From NCBI RefSeq assembly GCF_000143415.4, contig NW_003314266.1, positions 1,696,463 to 1,760,462 of the forward strand: a stretch of 64,000 bases of DNA, in the 5' to 3' direction. Shown in pieces: positions 1 through 12,839 of the stretch. The notes beneath the pieces were generated by a model that was given only the letters and a program-made list of their open reading frames with translations, had not been told where the DNA came from and made no database searches. The DNA comes from Selaginella moellendorffii (lineage: Eukaryota; Plantae; Lycopodiophyta). Numbering within the stretch: position 1 is the stretch's first letter; the number at the start of each line of letters is the position of its first letter. The position numbers and the translations under genes are program-made.

Positions 1-320
1 ACACACTCAGCATCATCCTGCTCGCCATGCACCTTGAGCCATTCGGGAATACCTGTGAGGAAACTAATAATCAGGAAGTAGAAACTAAACACTTTTAAAA
101 TTACATGCTTTCCTTGGGTTGGCAAGGCTGCCTTGTGTTGCCCAAACAGTGTAATTACCCTCCAGCCCGGCACCTTGTCGTAGTTGTAGTGTGCAAACAA
201 GACACCGAGGCGGAGACGGTTTTCCACCCAAGCGCCCAGCTCAGTTCCTCGAAGACGAGCATCGTTGAACACCTGGTATCTGCGCAGCCCTGTCGCAGAA
301 GAAGAGATCGCTCTGAATGG
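1..320 (-). pseudogene. Partial paralog of the 891-2076 RNase H-like gene; probably frameshifted, runs off the window edge
   Basis: 1-320 aligns by eye with ~1252-1580 (SDLFFCDRAA..YQVFNDARLRGTELGAWVENRLRLGVLF). An extra CAGA before TAC CAG GTG and a 1-nt offset at the intron acceptor break the frame. Confidence 0.65.
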
Positions 321-890
321 GGTTGAAGAACAAGGCAAGGCGGAGGTCAGATCGTCTGAGCACAAGATGCTACCAGCGTCACTATGTCTTGCGGCGCAAA
401 GGTCGATTCAAGGAGCTCATCGAATTTACTACGCATATTCTCCCTCCAGGTATTTCGGAAGAGAGAAGCGAAGATATTTTCGGTTCGATTTTCTTTTTTT
501 TCTTATTCGACTGGTGCAGGTAATGGAAAACATCGAGAGATGGATCAAAGAGTTCCCATGCGTAGCACGCTGAGCAGATTGATTCCTTTCGTCGGCAGCT
601 TTTGCCTCTCATCCGAGCTTTCCATGAATACAATGAGTTAGAGATTCGTCATGTGATAAACATCGCACAGGTCTGCAAGAAAAAGCTCTTTTTTTTTCGC
701 TACTAACAACCGAGAGGTGCAACGCGGTAGTCCTTACAGTCTGCTTTGTTTTTTGTTTTGGCATTTGTAAGTGGACACGAATTTTTCAGGCGTTGACGAG
801 CTAAAAGATCAAAAGGATTGCAGAAGAGTCTTTTTCTTTAGACAAACCTTTATTCAACTTTATTGTCGATCTTGCAAGTGCAGCTAAAAT

Positions 891-2076
891 TTATTTGCGG
901 CGCTCCAGAAAACTTCTAACGGCAGCTTTCCACGCAGGCACTGTAGATGGCACTCCAATCCCCCTCAGACACGCCCAGCCTTCCCCCTGATACGAGAAGC
1001 CTCGCCTCGATTCGTTGAAGCATTCTTCCTCGGCTTGAGAGCAGCTCTGGCTCGTTACGTGCCACACCCGGAATGGAACGTGACGAGGCCTGTCCACTGC
1101 CAAGCGCTGCACAAAAAGCTCCTGCAAACCAGCGTAGTCTTTCCTGAGCAGCTCCACAAACTTGGTGTTGCCAGACACGAAAACTTTGTTCAAGGAGCAG
1201 CCCTTCACGTCTAAACCAGTGGCTGCTTCTGCAAACAGCATAGCCGACGCTACACACTCAGCATCATCCTGCTCGCCATGGACCTTGAGCCATTCAGGAA
1301 TAATCTGCAAGTAAAAGAATAATCAGCCGGTACAAACCTTCCGAGTAAACACTTGTAAACATCACCTTCTTTCCTCGGGTTGGCAACGCTGCCTTGTGTC
1401 GCCCAAACAATGTGATCACCCTCCAGCCCGGTAAGTTGTCGTAATTGTGGTGTACGAACAAAACACCCAGGCCGAGACGCTTTTCCACCCATGCGCCCAG
1501 CTCAGTTCCTCGGAGACGGGCGTCGTTGAACACCTGGTAGGCAGCCTTGTCACAGTAGAAGAGGTCACTCTTCATTCCATCCTCGTCTAGAAGAGTGTCC
1601 TTCTCACGAGCTGGAAAGAAGCCATATTTCTTGGCTTCCACCTCATTGAGTCCGATCGCCGGGTGGATCTTGCCTGGAATGGGGGCCCAGCCGGCAATGG
1701 CTTCGTCCTCCACCTCCTCTGTGCATGGACGAGTGGCTTTCTCCTCCATGCAAGGACGCTTGCTGCCGCTAGGCCTGCGCTCAGGGGAGCGTGACCTCTT
1801 GGCATCCATCCTGCTGCTAGGCTCCCTGGGATCCATTCCATCGTTGTCCCTGCTGCTAGGCTCCTTGGTCCTGGGCCTGGGATCCATTCCATCGTCACTC
1901 CTGCTGTTAGTCCTGCGCCTGGGACTGCTGCTATGCCTATCGTCGTCCCTACGGCGCCTGCGGCTGGCCCTCCTGCGTGTGCTAGGATGGTCTGACTGCG
2001 AATAAGAGTGCTTGCCTGAGCGCCAGTCGTCAAAGTCCGGATCGACCCTGCTGCTGCGACGCGAACCATGCCCCAT
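891..2076 (-). CDS. Two-exon ~374-aa protein: Arg/Ser/Asp-rich N-terminus plus a putative degenerate RNase H-like domain
   Basis: Exon 1 2076-1366, GT-AG intron 1365-1305 (61 nt, phase 0), exon 2 1304-891. Motifs YQVFNDA...LGLGVLF, DDAECVA, VFVSGNTKFV and FRVWHVTSQSCSQAE follow RNase HI order. Confidence 0.6.
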
Positions 2077-3839
2077 TCCCTCCGAGATTAGGGCTAGGGT
2101 ATTTCAAGTCCCACTAAATCCCAGCGAAACCATTATGTGCCACGTAGTTTGTGTTGGCTGATCACATCCATTCGCTGCGTAGATGGATTGTCATTGTTTT
2201 TGTGGTAGTTTTCTGATTTTGTGTGTAGAAGTTTCTTTCTCTTCGTTGCTAGATTTCTTACGCTTTTTTCGCTTTCGGATTACTGTTCGTCGTTCATACT
2301 CTTCTAAAAGTTTTCTTTTTGGTACCAGTTTCGTCGCAGAAATACGAAGACATCGAGACCAGCCTCAACAAAACGACCTGCGTTGTCACGGCATCGGGGC
2401 CGAAAAGAAGTACAAGCAAGATCGCAGCTTGCAGAGGAAATATCGTTCTTCTCAGGTACCGGAAAGACATTGCTGGACACAGCTGAAGCTCCTCCATGAG
2501 CTCGAGAGCCCGACTCGCTTGAGATAAGTAAACATCGTGCTTCCAACAAGTGGTGGTGATGGTGATGGTCCGTAGAAACGGCCATGACGGGTGAAAGATT
2601 TCAGCCAGTGACAAGCTTTCATGGTGAAGGTGACGGTGAAAGCGACGCCGCCAGTGATGAAACCTCGGTGTTTAAAGGATGATAGCTTCGTATCCTTCCA
2701 TGGCTCTGGAGAGAAATTCCCACTTTCGTTTTGATTCTTCAACTCAAAAACTCAATCTTTGTTCCTGGCTTTTTCCTTTACAAGATCAAGCACACGAACG
2801 CAAACTCTTTGGAGTATTTAACTTGTCGGAAGAACCGGCTGGGATACCGAGACAAGCCACCCAAGTACTTTCCAAAGTGCGAGATGGAAAACAAAAATTG
2901 GAATCGAGCCTGGAGGAACTCTTGTCGCGGAGCACGAGACAAGCAGCGAAGGTTTCTTCGGTGCTCACCGTCTGGACCCCAACCAAGTAACCATACTTTA
3001 GTAGTTTGGCTTTTTACAACTGAAGTCATGGAGTGAAGGTCTCATTATTATCAGCATGGAAAAATCACCGGAAGAAAAGCTTGAGGAGAAAGTACCTGGC
3101 AGTACTGAGCCCACGAAACACGTTGCCAACACTTGGGATTGCGAGTATAAATCCACTTCTCTGAGAAAAAACCTGAGCTTCCAAGTTCTCGTCCAGATAA
3201 CCGAAGTTTTGGATGAACTCTTCATTCCTTGGCTCTTTCCTTGGTTTGAATTTAGAGTTCATGGAACTCTAAAGGCTTTTCTTTTATTCTACTTCCTGTC
3301 TATTCTTAAACGGCTTCACAGGATCACAACGAAGACCTACAAAGTATGAGTTTGTTCTTTTGTATGATCTCATATCTTCCCACGTGCAGTTGTTAAAGCC
3401 CTGTTCATTCGTCTACAAAGACAAAGTAGGTTCGTTTTGGATATTCAGCGTTGGGATGGAAGTCTCTCTTGCCAGATAAGAAGGTGAGGCAGTTAAAAAG
3501 GCATGCATCCATGAACCAGACATGTAATTGTTTCGGGAAATGTATGTAGTTCGTTCGGATTCACTTGTTTGTTTGTTTCTGACTTCTGATGTATCAGGTC
3601 GAGGGGCATACAGCCGAGATCGCTGCCGCAGGAAAACAAGAGGTTATCATAAATCCTGATTCTCCTGTCAATGCTAACCAGCTCTCATGTTATGCTAGAT
3701 TACAACGCTGAACTAGGTGTCGGTCAGTTGGCAGCAGCCGCTATAGCTGCCCCCAGCGCGGCTGAAAGATTGCAGCCGAGCTAGGACTTGCAGTGAAAGC
3801 AGAGGTATGTCACAGGAGTTTGACCAATATTTCACCATT

Positions 3840-6620
3840 GTACGCTTTTAACAGAATTTCTCCAATGCATATTGGAGGTGGGACCTCAAAACTTGCTACA
3901 GGGTCCTCTTCTGTGCCTCTATGTGCGGAGACATAAATTGGAGGACAACGTACACACTTATTTCTCTTCTTTTCTTGCGTTTGTGTGTTTTTCTGGGCTT
4001 TGGAGGATCTTTGATTTATACGTTTTTCGAAAACTGAAGGACAGGAGAGAAGACTTGTGAAACCGAGAAGGGAAGAGCTTGTTGGCGGGGCATTATTCCA
4101 GGTAGGAGCGAGCTTTTGGTTCGAGTTGAAGGACGTTTTCCATTTCCACGGACTTCTGGTTGAACTCACGTGTTTTCGCGACAGAGATTCTATTGCCTTC
4201 GGCAGATTATAAGTACGAGGCGATTGCTTCCGTTGACAAACACAGCGCTCTTATTGCTGCAAAAGTTTTGGCTCTGGCGAATGGCATTGCCGACGACGTC
4301 AGAGTAAGTACAGCTCTTGACTTTACTCGCGCCCCGGTCGTAAAACATCCTTCTTCTTTATTTACTAAGTTTTGTATGCAACAGAGTACCGATTTGACTC
4401 ACGTAAGCTTTGGAACTTCCCGAAGATGTTGGCAAAATGCGACGCTGCTGAAGGTAACCTTTGTAGCTAAACTTGTCTATGATGCGAAGGTGACTTCTCC
4501 TGTTGCATTAATTGCAGGTGCCGAAGCTTCAGCAAGCAGTTGTTGTCCCCTGCTCTGATAACACTGGATAAGTGCCGGCCCTGTATTTCATTCTTGGACT
4601 GGAACCCAGTCACTCTCACAGAAAGTTAAAAGCCAGAGGAGGCTCTGTATTAGAAAGTTTTACTAACTTATCATGTTTTTGCTTATTTTTTTCTTGTAGG
4701 CTGCGGAGATATATCCGGCGACTGTGTATGGTCGCAAGTGTGAACGCGCCTCGAAACCTTTTTGAGCAACCAGTAATTCGCATGTCTGTTGGTTGAAGTC
4801 GGGCTGGTAAATTCTAACTCTGCTCTTTCTTTTTCTGTCATTAACATTCTGTATTACCTCCTGGTCATAGATCTCTATTTCGACGACTTCCCAAGCCTGC
4901 CTGTTATTTCGGATCTGTCTGACGACGGTAGCGACATATTTAGTATAGATGATGGACTTCTTAAAACAGCTGACAGTATGGACGCTGGCTGTATCCATGC
5001 AAAAGACAGAGAAGCTGCCCGTTCGGAGATTGCTGTGTGTGTGAGGGTTGCAGAGGTACATATCTGATTTTTTAATTTCTTTTGCGCTTAGTCGTTGTTT
5101 ACGCAGGTGGCGCAAAAGACCAAACTCTCTGTTGGGGTTTTACTGTTAATGCGCGCGACAATATAGGTACTAAAATATTCCTCCCTTTGGGAAGGCTTCT
5201 AACGACTCTAACAATTGTTGTGCAGCTAATGCTTCTCTTTACTTTCGAATGCTAACGATCATTCTCATAGCCTGTATATCAGAAAGCAGAACATCGGCAT
5301 TGCGGATTACGTCCTGGTACAGTGAGTGATATAGCTTTTCTGCTTTTAACAGAATTTCTCCAGGTTTTTGTGGGGGCATGTGTCTCGACACGTAATCCAG
5401 TTATGCATATTGGAGATCGTGTCAATTATGCATGACCTGGCACACAAGATGTTTACTCTCGTCTTTCTATCATCTGGGAGTATTTTTCCTTTGCAGTGAG
5501 CTTAAGCGGCTGGCAGCATACACTGTCGAACGTTTCCATTTGTCACCTTGCTGGAGGCTTTTCTGTCATCGACACACCTTCAGGTAACTCCATTCCGTAC
5601 TCGATCTAGTTTTTTCTTTTTTCTTTTCATCGTAGCTTAAAATGTTTTATTTAGATATTCTTTAGTTTGCGATCGATTTATTTGTTCCAGGCAATGTAGC
5701 AATTTTTGAGGAAGCATCTTTCAACCGATGGTGGCTGCGACAAACATACGTTCCTCTCAAAGACAGTCCCTGCAGACATTGATACGCAAATACAGTTGGA
5801 GGACAAGGTACAGACTTGGGCTGTACAATTCTCGTAATCTTTTCTCGTGTTTTTGTGTTTTTCAGGATTGGATCTGATTTATACGTTGTTTGATGAGTGA
5901 GTGGTGGACAAGAAAGCCGGAATATAGTGGAACCGAGAATGGAAGGGCTCGAGGATACTTTGGTCTCGACTGTTGCCGAGGCGAAACCTCACTCGAACGT
6001 TTTATCAGGTATGTATGTTTTTTGTTTTCATGGACTTCTGGTTGAACTCACTTTTTTTCGCGACTTGGAAGATGCAAAATAAGTGCGGGCACTGTATTTC
6101 TTCCTTGGAGCCCAGGATCTTCACAAGAGTACCAGCTAAAAGGTTCAGTAGGAGAAAATTTTGCCAGCTGATTATGTTTTTGCTTATCTATCTTTTTCTT
6201 GTAGTGTAGTCATCGACAAATCCTAGCGTCGCAAGTGGAATACCTGGCTCAGTGGCCGTGAGCCTCACAACAGCAGCTGGTAAATTCTAAATATTCTTGT
6301 TCTTTTTTGTGTTTCAACTTGGCAATACAGGTAAAACCTTACTCCAGATGTGCTGTATTGTGCAATGGGACCTTAACGGCAACCTCAACTATCAGAAGGC
6401 CGGAAAGAGCTCTTCTTCTGACATTGGCAATTGCGTAAGAACAAGTTCTTTTGAATTCGGTGCTTGCAAAACTAAATTGTGTCTCCGCATGTACACGCTG
6501 ATGGATACCAACAGCTCGAAGGAACAATGGCTAGTTCTAGTCTAGTGGCTGTCTGTGATGTTCCTATCTCAACTGATCTCATTATTGATTTACCAGGTTT
6601 GCCAATTGTTTCAACTGACA
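3840..6620 (+). repeat. Degenerate tandem duplication (~3840-4930 vs ~5340-6620) of exon/intron-like sequence
   Basis: Collinear shared blocks: cttttaacagaatttctcca, ttggaggacaa, aaccgagaa-ggaag, ggacttctggttgaactcac, ctgtatttc, gctggtaaattctaa. Confidence 0.65.
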
Positions 6621-6959
6621 GTTATGGACGAGTGAGATGAGTCTGATATAGGATCCTCCAAAACACCGTGGGACTGGTAAGGTGCTAGTTTATGTTTCTG
6701 TATCCACTCTTTGGCCTGCAGTGTGCATTTGCTCTCCTAGGCAGGACAAACCTGTTATCAGACTTCTAAAAAGTTTCCCTGCTGTCAATCAAGCCGGCAC
6801 AATCAAGCCAGCCCTTGTGTGATGGCCCTGCATAGAAGAATGTTTAGAGGACAATGCTGCATAAAAGAATGTTTAGGAAGACAGTGCTGTTATAGATCAA
6901 CAAGAATTGAAACAACAAGAATACACTTCTGGTCTCCATGTCCAAGTAAAAACTCCCTA

Positions 6960-7353
6960 CTAGGGATGGCCGGGGGCAAACGTACTGCCACGGCTATATC
7001 CACGATCCGTCCGGTCGACCACGATCTCTCGATCGAACAAAACACACCCGTCCATCTCGCTGATAGCTGTCTGAGCCTCTCGCCGATCTCGATAGATAAT
7101 GTATCCGAAGCCGAGCGTGGTGTGGGCATTCGAAGAAGAAGAAGGACCCATCAGGATCTGGAAAACAAAAGAATAAATAGATTCAAAGTAAGAAAACACG
7201 GCAGCGCGCGCCCTGATGGCAAAGAAAAGAGTTTCGAGCTCATACCTGCAGATCCAAGATGTGCCCAAATCGCTCGAATGCTTCTCGCACCTTGGGCTCA
7301 ACCTCCTCCTTCGTCCTCAGCATTGGCAGTCCTCCAACAAAGATACAAGACAT
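6960..7353 (-). CDS. Small single-RRM RNA-binding protein (~101 aa), CBP20-like in flavour
   Basis: Exon 1 7353-7246 (MSCIFVGGLP...FERFGHILDLQ, RNP2), intron 7245-7158, exon 2 7157-6960 (ILMG...LGFGYIIY...MDGCVLFDREIVVD, RNP1). Confidence 0.7.
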
Positions 7354-7559
7354 TGGTAACCATGGTAGCGAAGTTTCCTCAGCTCTAGAACCCCTGGATT
7401 CCCAAGGCCAAGGCCATTCTGTTATACATCACACTCTGGTGATGATGGGTCAAACAAGACAAAATTTGAATTTAGAATATTCTCAATTTATTCTAGGGCT
7501 TGAACGGAAATTTCTCGAATGGAGCTGCGCTGCTATAAGTCTTGACCGGGAATTTGGGT

Positions 7560-9330
7560 ATGCAAGGCGAACTGGAGGAAGAGCTCCCATCATCACCGGC
7601 GGTAGCTTCTGCTCGGACCTGGTGACTTGCAACTCCATCCTCAGTCCCTTTCGCGTGGCCGGCAAATGCGATGAGGCTTACGAGTTCTTCCAGACCGCGA
7701 GAGCCAACAGATGCAATCCCGACGACATCAGCTACCGGATTCTCGTGCTGGCTCATTGTTGAGAGGGACGCATGGAGCGAGCTCTGGAGCTCTTCAAGGC
7801 GATGCAGAGCATCGCAACTCTGGATGTCAAGACGTGGTGGACTCGCTAAGGCCGGTCTCGTGGACGACGCGGCGGAGCTCGTCCATGGCATGATGGACGC
7901 CATGAAGCTCTACGAGAAGATGAGCCGGAGCTTCTTCAAGGCTGACGCTTTCACGTAGAACGTTCTTCTCCACGGGCTTTGCAAGGCCGGCAGGATCCAA
8001 GAGGCTTGCCAGAAGCTCTCGGTGGCACTGCGAGACCGAGAAGCCCCTGTGCGGCACGAGCTTCTCATAGGTGGCCTGTGCAAGGCTGGAAAGTACGACC
8101 ACGCTATGGCCGTGTTTCGAGAGATGAAAGTGCCCAGCTCCATGTCCTACAACATTGTCATCGCTGCTCCAAGCAGCGATGACAAAACGAAGGAGCAATG
8201 GAGCTGTTTCGAGAGATGAAAGCCAAGGGCCGCGTCCCGAACATCTTCACTTTCAACACCGTGATCCAGTCCCTGTCTAAAGCTGGGATGTTCAAGGAAG
8301 CTCTGGACCTTGTCGACGAGATGGTGTGTCTCCAAACGAGCTAACTTTCGGGCTTATCGTGGACGGTTTGTGCAAAGCCAAGCGGACTGTCGACGCCGAG
8401 AACGTGCTCGCGGTCATGGACAAGGTCGGGTGTGTCCCGGACGTTGTGCTGCACTGATAAGCGGCCACTTGAAGGAGGGGATGCATCGAGGCTGTTCGAG
8501 AAGATGATGAGCGGAAGCCAAACTTGAAAACTTTCAACATCATGATCCACGGCTTGTGCAAGGAAACAAAGTTGGTGAGGCGGACGCGGTGGTGAGGCGT
8601 ATCGAGGACGAATGTGGCGTTGCTCCGGACGAGTTCACTTTCAACACGATCATCGATGGCCCGGTCCGGGGAGGGCCGGCCGATACAATCGAGTATCCGG
8701 CGGGGGGCGCACCGAGCGGGGACAGCAAGAGAGCCTTGTCCCTGTCGGTGGTGAGTGGTCTGCAAAGCTGGAGAGGTGGTAGCCAAGCTCGGAAGGTTGG
8801 AGGCGAGCAAGCAGCTCTTCCAAGAGATGAGCCGGCATGGTTGCCACCCCGACGCGGTCACCTTTACGATCCTCATCTCCGAAGCAACAGCGGTCACACG
8901 AAGCTCTCGGCCTCGTCAAGCAGACGATCGAAAGCAAGGGGTCGACGCTGCCTTTCAACATGGTCCTCAATGCCTTGGCCAAGTCTGGAGACATGGAAGC
9001 CGCGGGAGATGTTTATCGGAGCATGAAGGTGGAAGGGATTGAATGCGGGTGACTTACAACACGCTGCTCGACGGCTACTTGGGCGAGCACGATCGGCCGA
9101 CGGCTATCGAGTTTTCGGTGAGCTCCTCCACAGCGGGTGCTCCAGACACTCTCGTTCAACGCGCTGCTGGGATGCTTGTGCTGCGACGGGCGATCGGAGG
9201 AGGCGGTGGCAAAGTTTTGGGGGGAGATGCGAGAGAGGCGCGAGTGCTGGCCCGACGCTGTGACTTACGCTCTTCTCGTCCGCCACTGCTGCAAGCAAGG
9301 GGAGATCGAGCAAGCGTGTCGAATCGTGTC
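7560..9330 (+). pseudogene. P-class PPR pseudogene
   Basis: PPR motifs scattered over all three frames (DLVTCNSIL, PDDISYRILV, LIGGLCKAGK, PDEFTFNTII, PDAVTFTILI, VTYNTLLDGY, PDAVTYALLV) with stops and frameshifts. Confidence 0.85.
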
Positions 9331-9399
9331 TATCGCGGCTTGTTCCCAGTGCTGCCATCGCCAGCATGCTTGCGATCCAAACTGGTAGCGGTGATGGTC

Positions 9400-10760
9400 C
9401 CCGCCATCGCCAGTGGCTGCAAAGCTTTCTCGTACGGGCGGATAGTTCCTTCAAAGTTTTCCGTTCGCTCTATATCTCCAGCCTTTCTCCTTCCCGACCA
9501 AGCTTCAGGCTCCAGGAGAGGTTGCCGGCCTTACACCTTTCGCTTCGAGTACGACAGGTTCCTCGAGTAACAGGGGCGGGTTCTTGAGAGCTGGCGTCAG
9601 TTTTGCTCGACCTTTGCAAGGCTTACGGCTTACAACTGCGTCAAGAGGTATGGAGGCTATGAGAAGGTTATCGTGCAGCGGAAGTGGGGGAAAGAAGCCG
9701 GACGTAAGTGCCTCCTTTCCTACTGCCGCTCCTGCGAACCTGTGCCACCTATACGAGAAACATCTGCTGGAATATGAGCGCCATCATGCAGAAGGCTTCG
9801 GGAAGCAGGCAACTAACAACGTCAGGAATGGTGAAGTACTGGACGTGAAGATTCGGAGGAAGAGATCTCTGGGTGAAGATGAAGTCAGTGTGTCGGTGGA
9901 GCCGCGAAACGAACTAAATCGGACGATGAAGCTCCATGCAGCAAAGGCTTGGGGACCAGTCCTGTGAGCAATGCCGCAGCGGAGCACATGAGCAGCTTAT
10001 GATCACCTGTGACCGGGCGTGGCATATGTATTGCCTGTCCCCTCCTCTGTCGAAAATGCTCTCTGGGAGGTGGTACTGCCTCGACGTTTTCTCAAGGCAA
10101 CTGGCACATGCTGGACTCTTTCCGACGTCTACAGGACCTATTGAAGTGCTATATGGAAGCGATCTCGATACGTCTCTGTGTATGGAAGTGAATTTCCCCG
10201 TCCGTCGAATGCAGTTCCAAAGTGGGCTAAGCAGGATATGCTCTTCTCCTCGTTTTGCTGGCATTACGAAGATCATTGCTTCTACTCTGTGAATTATCTT
10301 CACTGGTATGCTACTTGTTTCGTGTGCTTTCAATACTGATTTCTTTCCTGCAGATGCTGGTATAGTGTGCCTGGCAGTGCTTACGACGCATTTGAAGAGG
10401 TAGAATGTTTCTCTTTTAGTTGGCAGTGTAAAACTTCTTTCTTTCAGACAGGCTATGCGATCTGCATTCCCAGATTTATTTCATGCACAGCCGGACATGC
10501 CCTTTCAACTGGTTACGATGCTTAATCCAGCTGTGTTGCGGGCTAAAGGTGTGCCTGTCTGCACAACTTTGCAGGTAAGTTTGTGTTGGCAGTGCTTTAT
10601 CTTTATATTCATGTTTGTTTTTAGGAGTCTGGAAACTTTGTGATCACATTTCCACGGTCTTATCACGGAGGATTTAACCACGGTGAGACTGTTATTGCTA
10701 GCAGTGAATGTGTAGGAACTAACTTTCCTGTTCATTACGGGATTCAATTGCGCAGAAGCT
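9400..10760 (+). pseudogene. KDM5/JMJ17-like histone demethylase pseudogene (JmjN-ARID-PHD-JmjC fragments)
   Basis: In order: YGRIVP, FSFPTKLQ, TFRFEYDRFLE*, LCHLYEKHLLEYE, a truncated PHD (CEQCRSG..WHMYCLSPPL), [64 protein letters not shown]. Large internal deletions and stops. Confidence 0.85.
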
Positions 10761-12839
10761 TTCACCGTTGCAAGCAAAAGCTTTGAACCGAGACATTTTG
10801 CTTCTGACTTCTGATGCCGAGAGGTTATCATAATCCTTGTTTCTTTTTCCTTTCGAGGCTTACTTGTGCTCGCAGAAAAGATTCCACCTCTGGGGTCATG
10901 GCAGCCAGAGTCTCGGGTTTGATCACCATCACGTCTGCGGCAATGGTGTGGTCTCTGGTACATTCATTGTCTACTTCTCTGGATCTCCACCAGCTGATTG
11001 TTCACACGAAAAATTCAAGAAGCTCCCTTACCTTCAAGGCCGATCGAGCAACATAACTCAGCGGGAGCGCCTCTAATCTGGGGCATCCAAAGCCATAGTG
11101 ACGAGGCAGATTCAACCAAGCTGGTGGTAAGATCTCTCTTTTATTTTTCCTTTAGTCAGTGGCTTTGCTTGTAGGCTGTGGGTCTGAGGAGAAGCATAAT
11201 TACGCTGAGCGTCATGCTGCTCCAGGCTTACCGGACAGGGTCATACTGCTCGAAAGTCGCGCCGGCACTGAATGATCCACTGTTTGGCAGTCGAGAGCGG
11301 CCTCGTCTCGCAAGTTATGGTCTTCAACGCTCTCATCAACTAGCCCAGGCCTCTCCAGGCACAGTCGCAAAACTTCTCCGGAGAACACGCAGGTTCTTGG
11401 ACGATGCCAGGCTGCTACACAAGCTGTGTGCAACGACGCTCGAAGAACGGATCTCCAGACGGGGTGTTTGATTGACTGATGATTTGAAATTAAAAGACAG
11501 CATCTCATTCGTCTGAGAGCAAAGTTTTCTCTTAGCAATGAAAAAACCTCATCATGCCTCTGCTCGATCGTTCTACTCGTCTAAGGCTGCATGGCGAGGT
11601 CCGATAAAAAGGAAAACTATAATAAAATAAATAAATATGTCAAAAAGAAGAATTATCATGTGATTATAGCTATAAAACTGTGTTTCATAAAATGGAAAAA
11701 GAACAACAAATAAATTATAGCTAAAAAATGTAATAAAACAGTAGAAAAACTTCTGTTTGCTTTAGAAAACAAGGTGTAAAGAATATACTTAAAATATCCA
11801 AGCATGTTGTGGCTTCCTCTTGTTAATCTCTTCTCTAATTCATTTGCAATCAAATTTAATGCTAATTTTCTTACTTCACTAATTAAGAACGAGATGGAAT
11901 AAAGAATAATTTGGTTGCTTTAATTTTTTATATTTTCTCTATATAAATATAAACTGTTTCATAGTCTATGTTTTTGTTTTTGTGCAATTAATAATTATTA
12001 TCCATATATGATTGTTATTTCATATTTCATATTTTATTTATTGGATATATCAAATTCTTTACATAAGTTTTCTTAACTCTTGACTCTTCACTTATTGAAA
12101 TCACCTATTATTATTGTTAGAATATTTCATATTATATTTGTAAATAAGAATAGGTTCTTGAAGTTAAAGAAGAACTTGGTACTCAGATATAATAAGGGAA
12201 AGCTATTTAAATTACTAACTTTAACATGGTAATTTATAGTAGGATTTGAGTAATTGAATTTGAATATTCTGTTTCTTCCAACAGGAAATAAACTATTTAA
12301 TGGTGTTTTTATGGGAAATAGTTGTTTATAAGGTTTGTAATTGTAGTCTAGGATTCAGAACTTTAAAAGAAATATATTATTTTTCTATTACCTTAAAAAT
12401 GTATTTAATATTTTTCTTCTTAGTGTTACCTTGTCTTTCATTTTGATGAATTATATTTTTTATAATTAATGTTTTTGCTCAATTAATGTTAAAGCTCATG
12501 ATTCTCAGTATCAAATCTTTTCTGGCTTTACATTTGTCTATATTTATTCACAGAATTTTATTATATAGTTGTGTTTAGTAAATTTGTAATACTTTTATGA
12601 GAAAATAAAATATTTACTATTTAAAATAAAAAATTATATATACGACACTTAAAAAACAAACACGCAAAGTCAGCTCTACAGTGGCTACGTCACTTAAAAA
12701 CAAAAGCACGTTAGGGTGCAAAATTGTTTCAAAAACTTAAAGCCTTGAAAACTGTTTTTATTTTTTTAATAAAAGCAATCAATGCTTATTTGCATGTAGT
12801 TCATTTGTTGAAATCGTTTGAGTTCTTACTATCTCTCAA

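Noticed and set aside
2440-2500. SGTGKTLL (and NTGKTLL near 6325) as P-loop motifs
   Set aside because: Lacks the GxxxxGK spacing and preceding hydrophobic strand; short frames with stops.
11600-12700. Very AT-rich tract as organellar or foreign DNA
   Set aside because: No recognisable gene, tRNA or terminal repeat; probably decayed TE or intergenic DNA beside the gypsy remnant. The same applies to 63340-64000.
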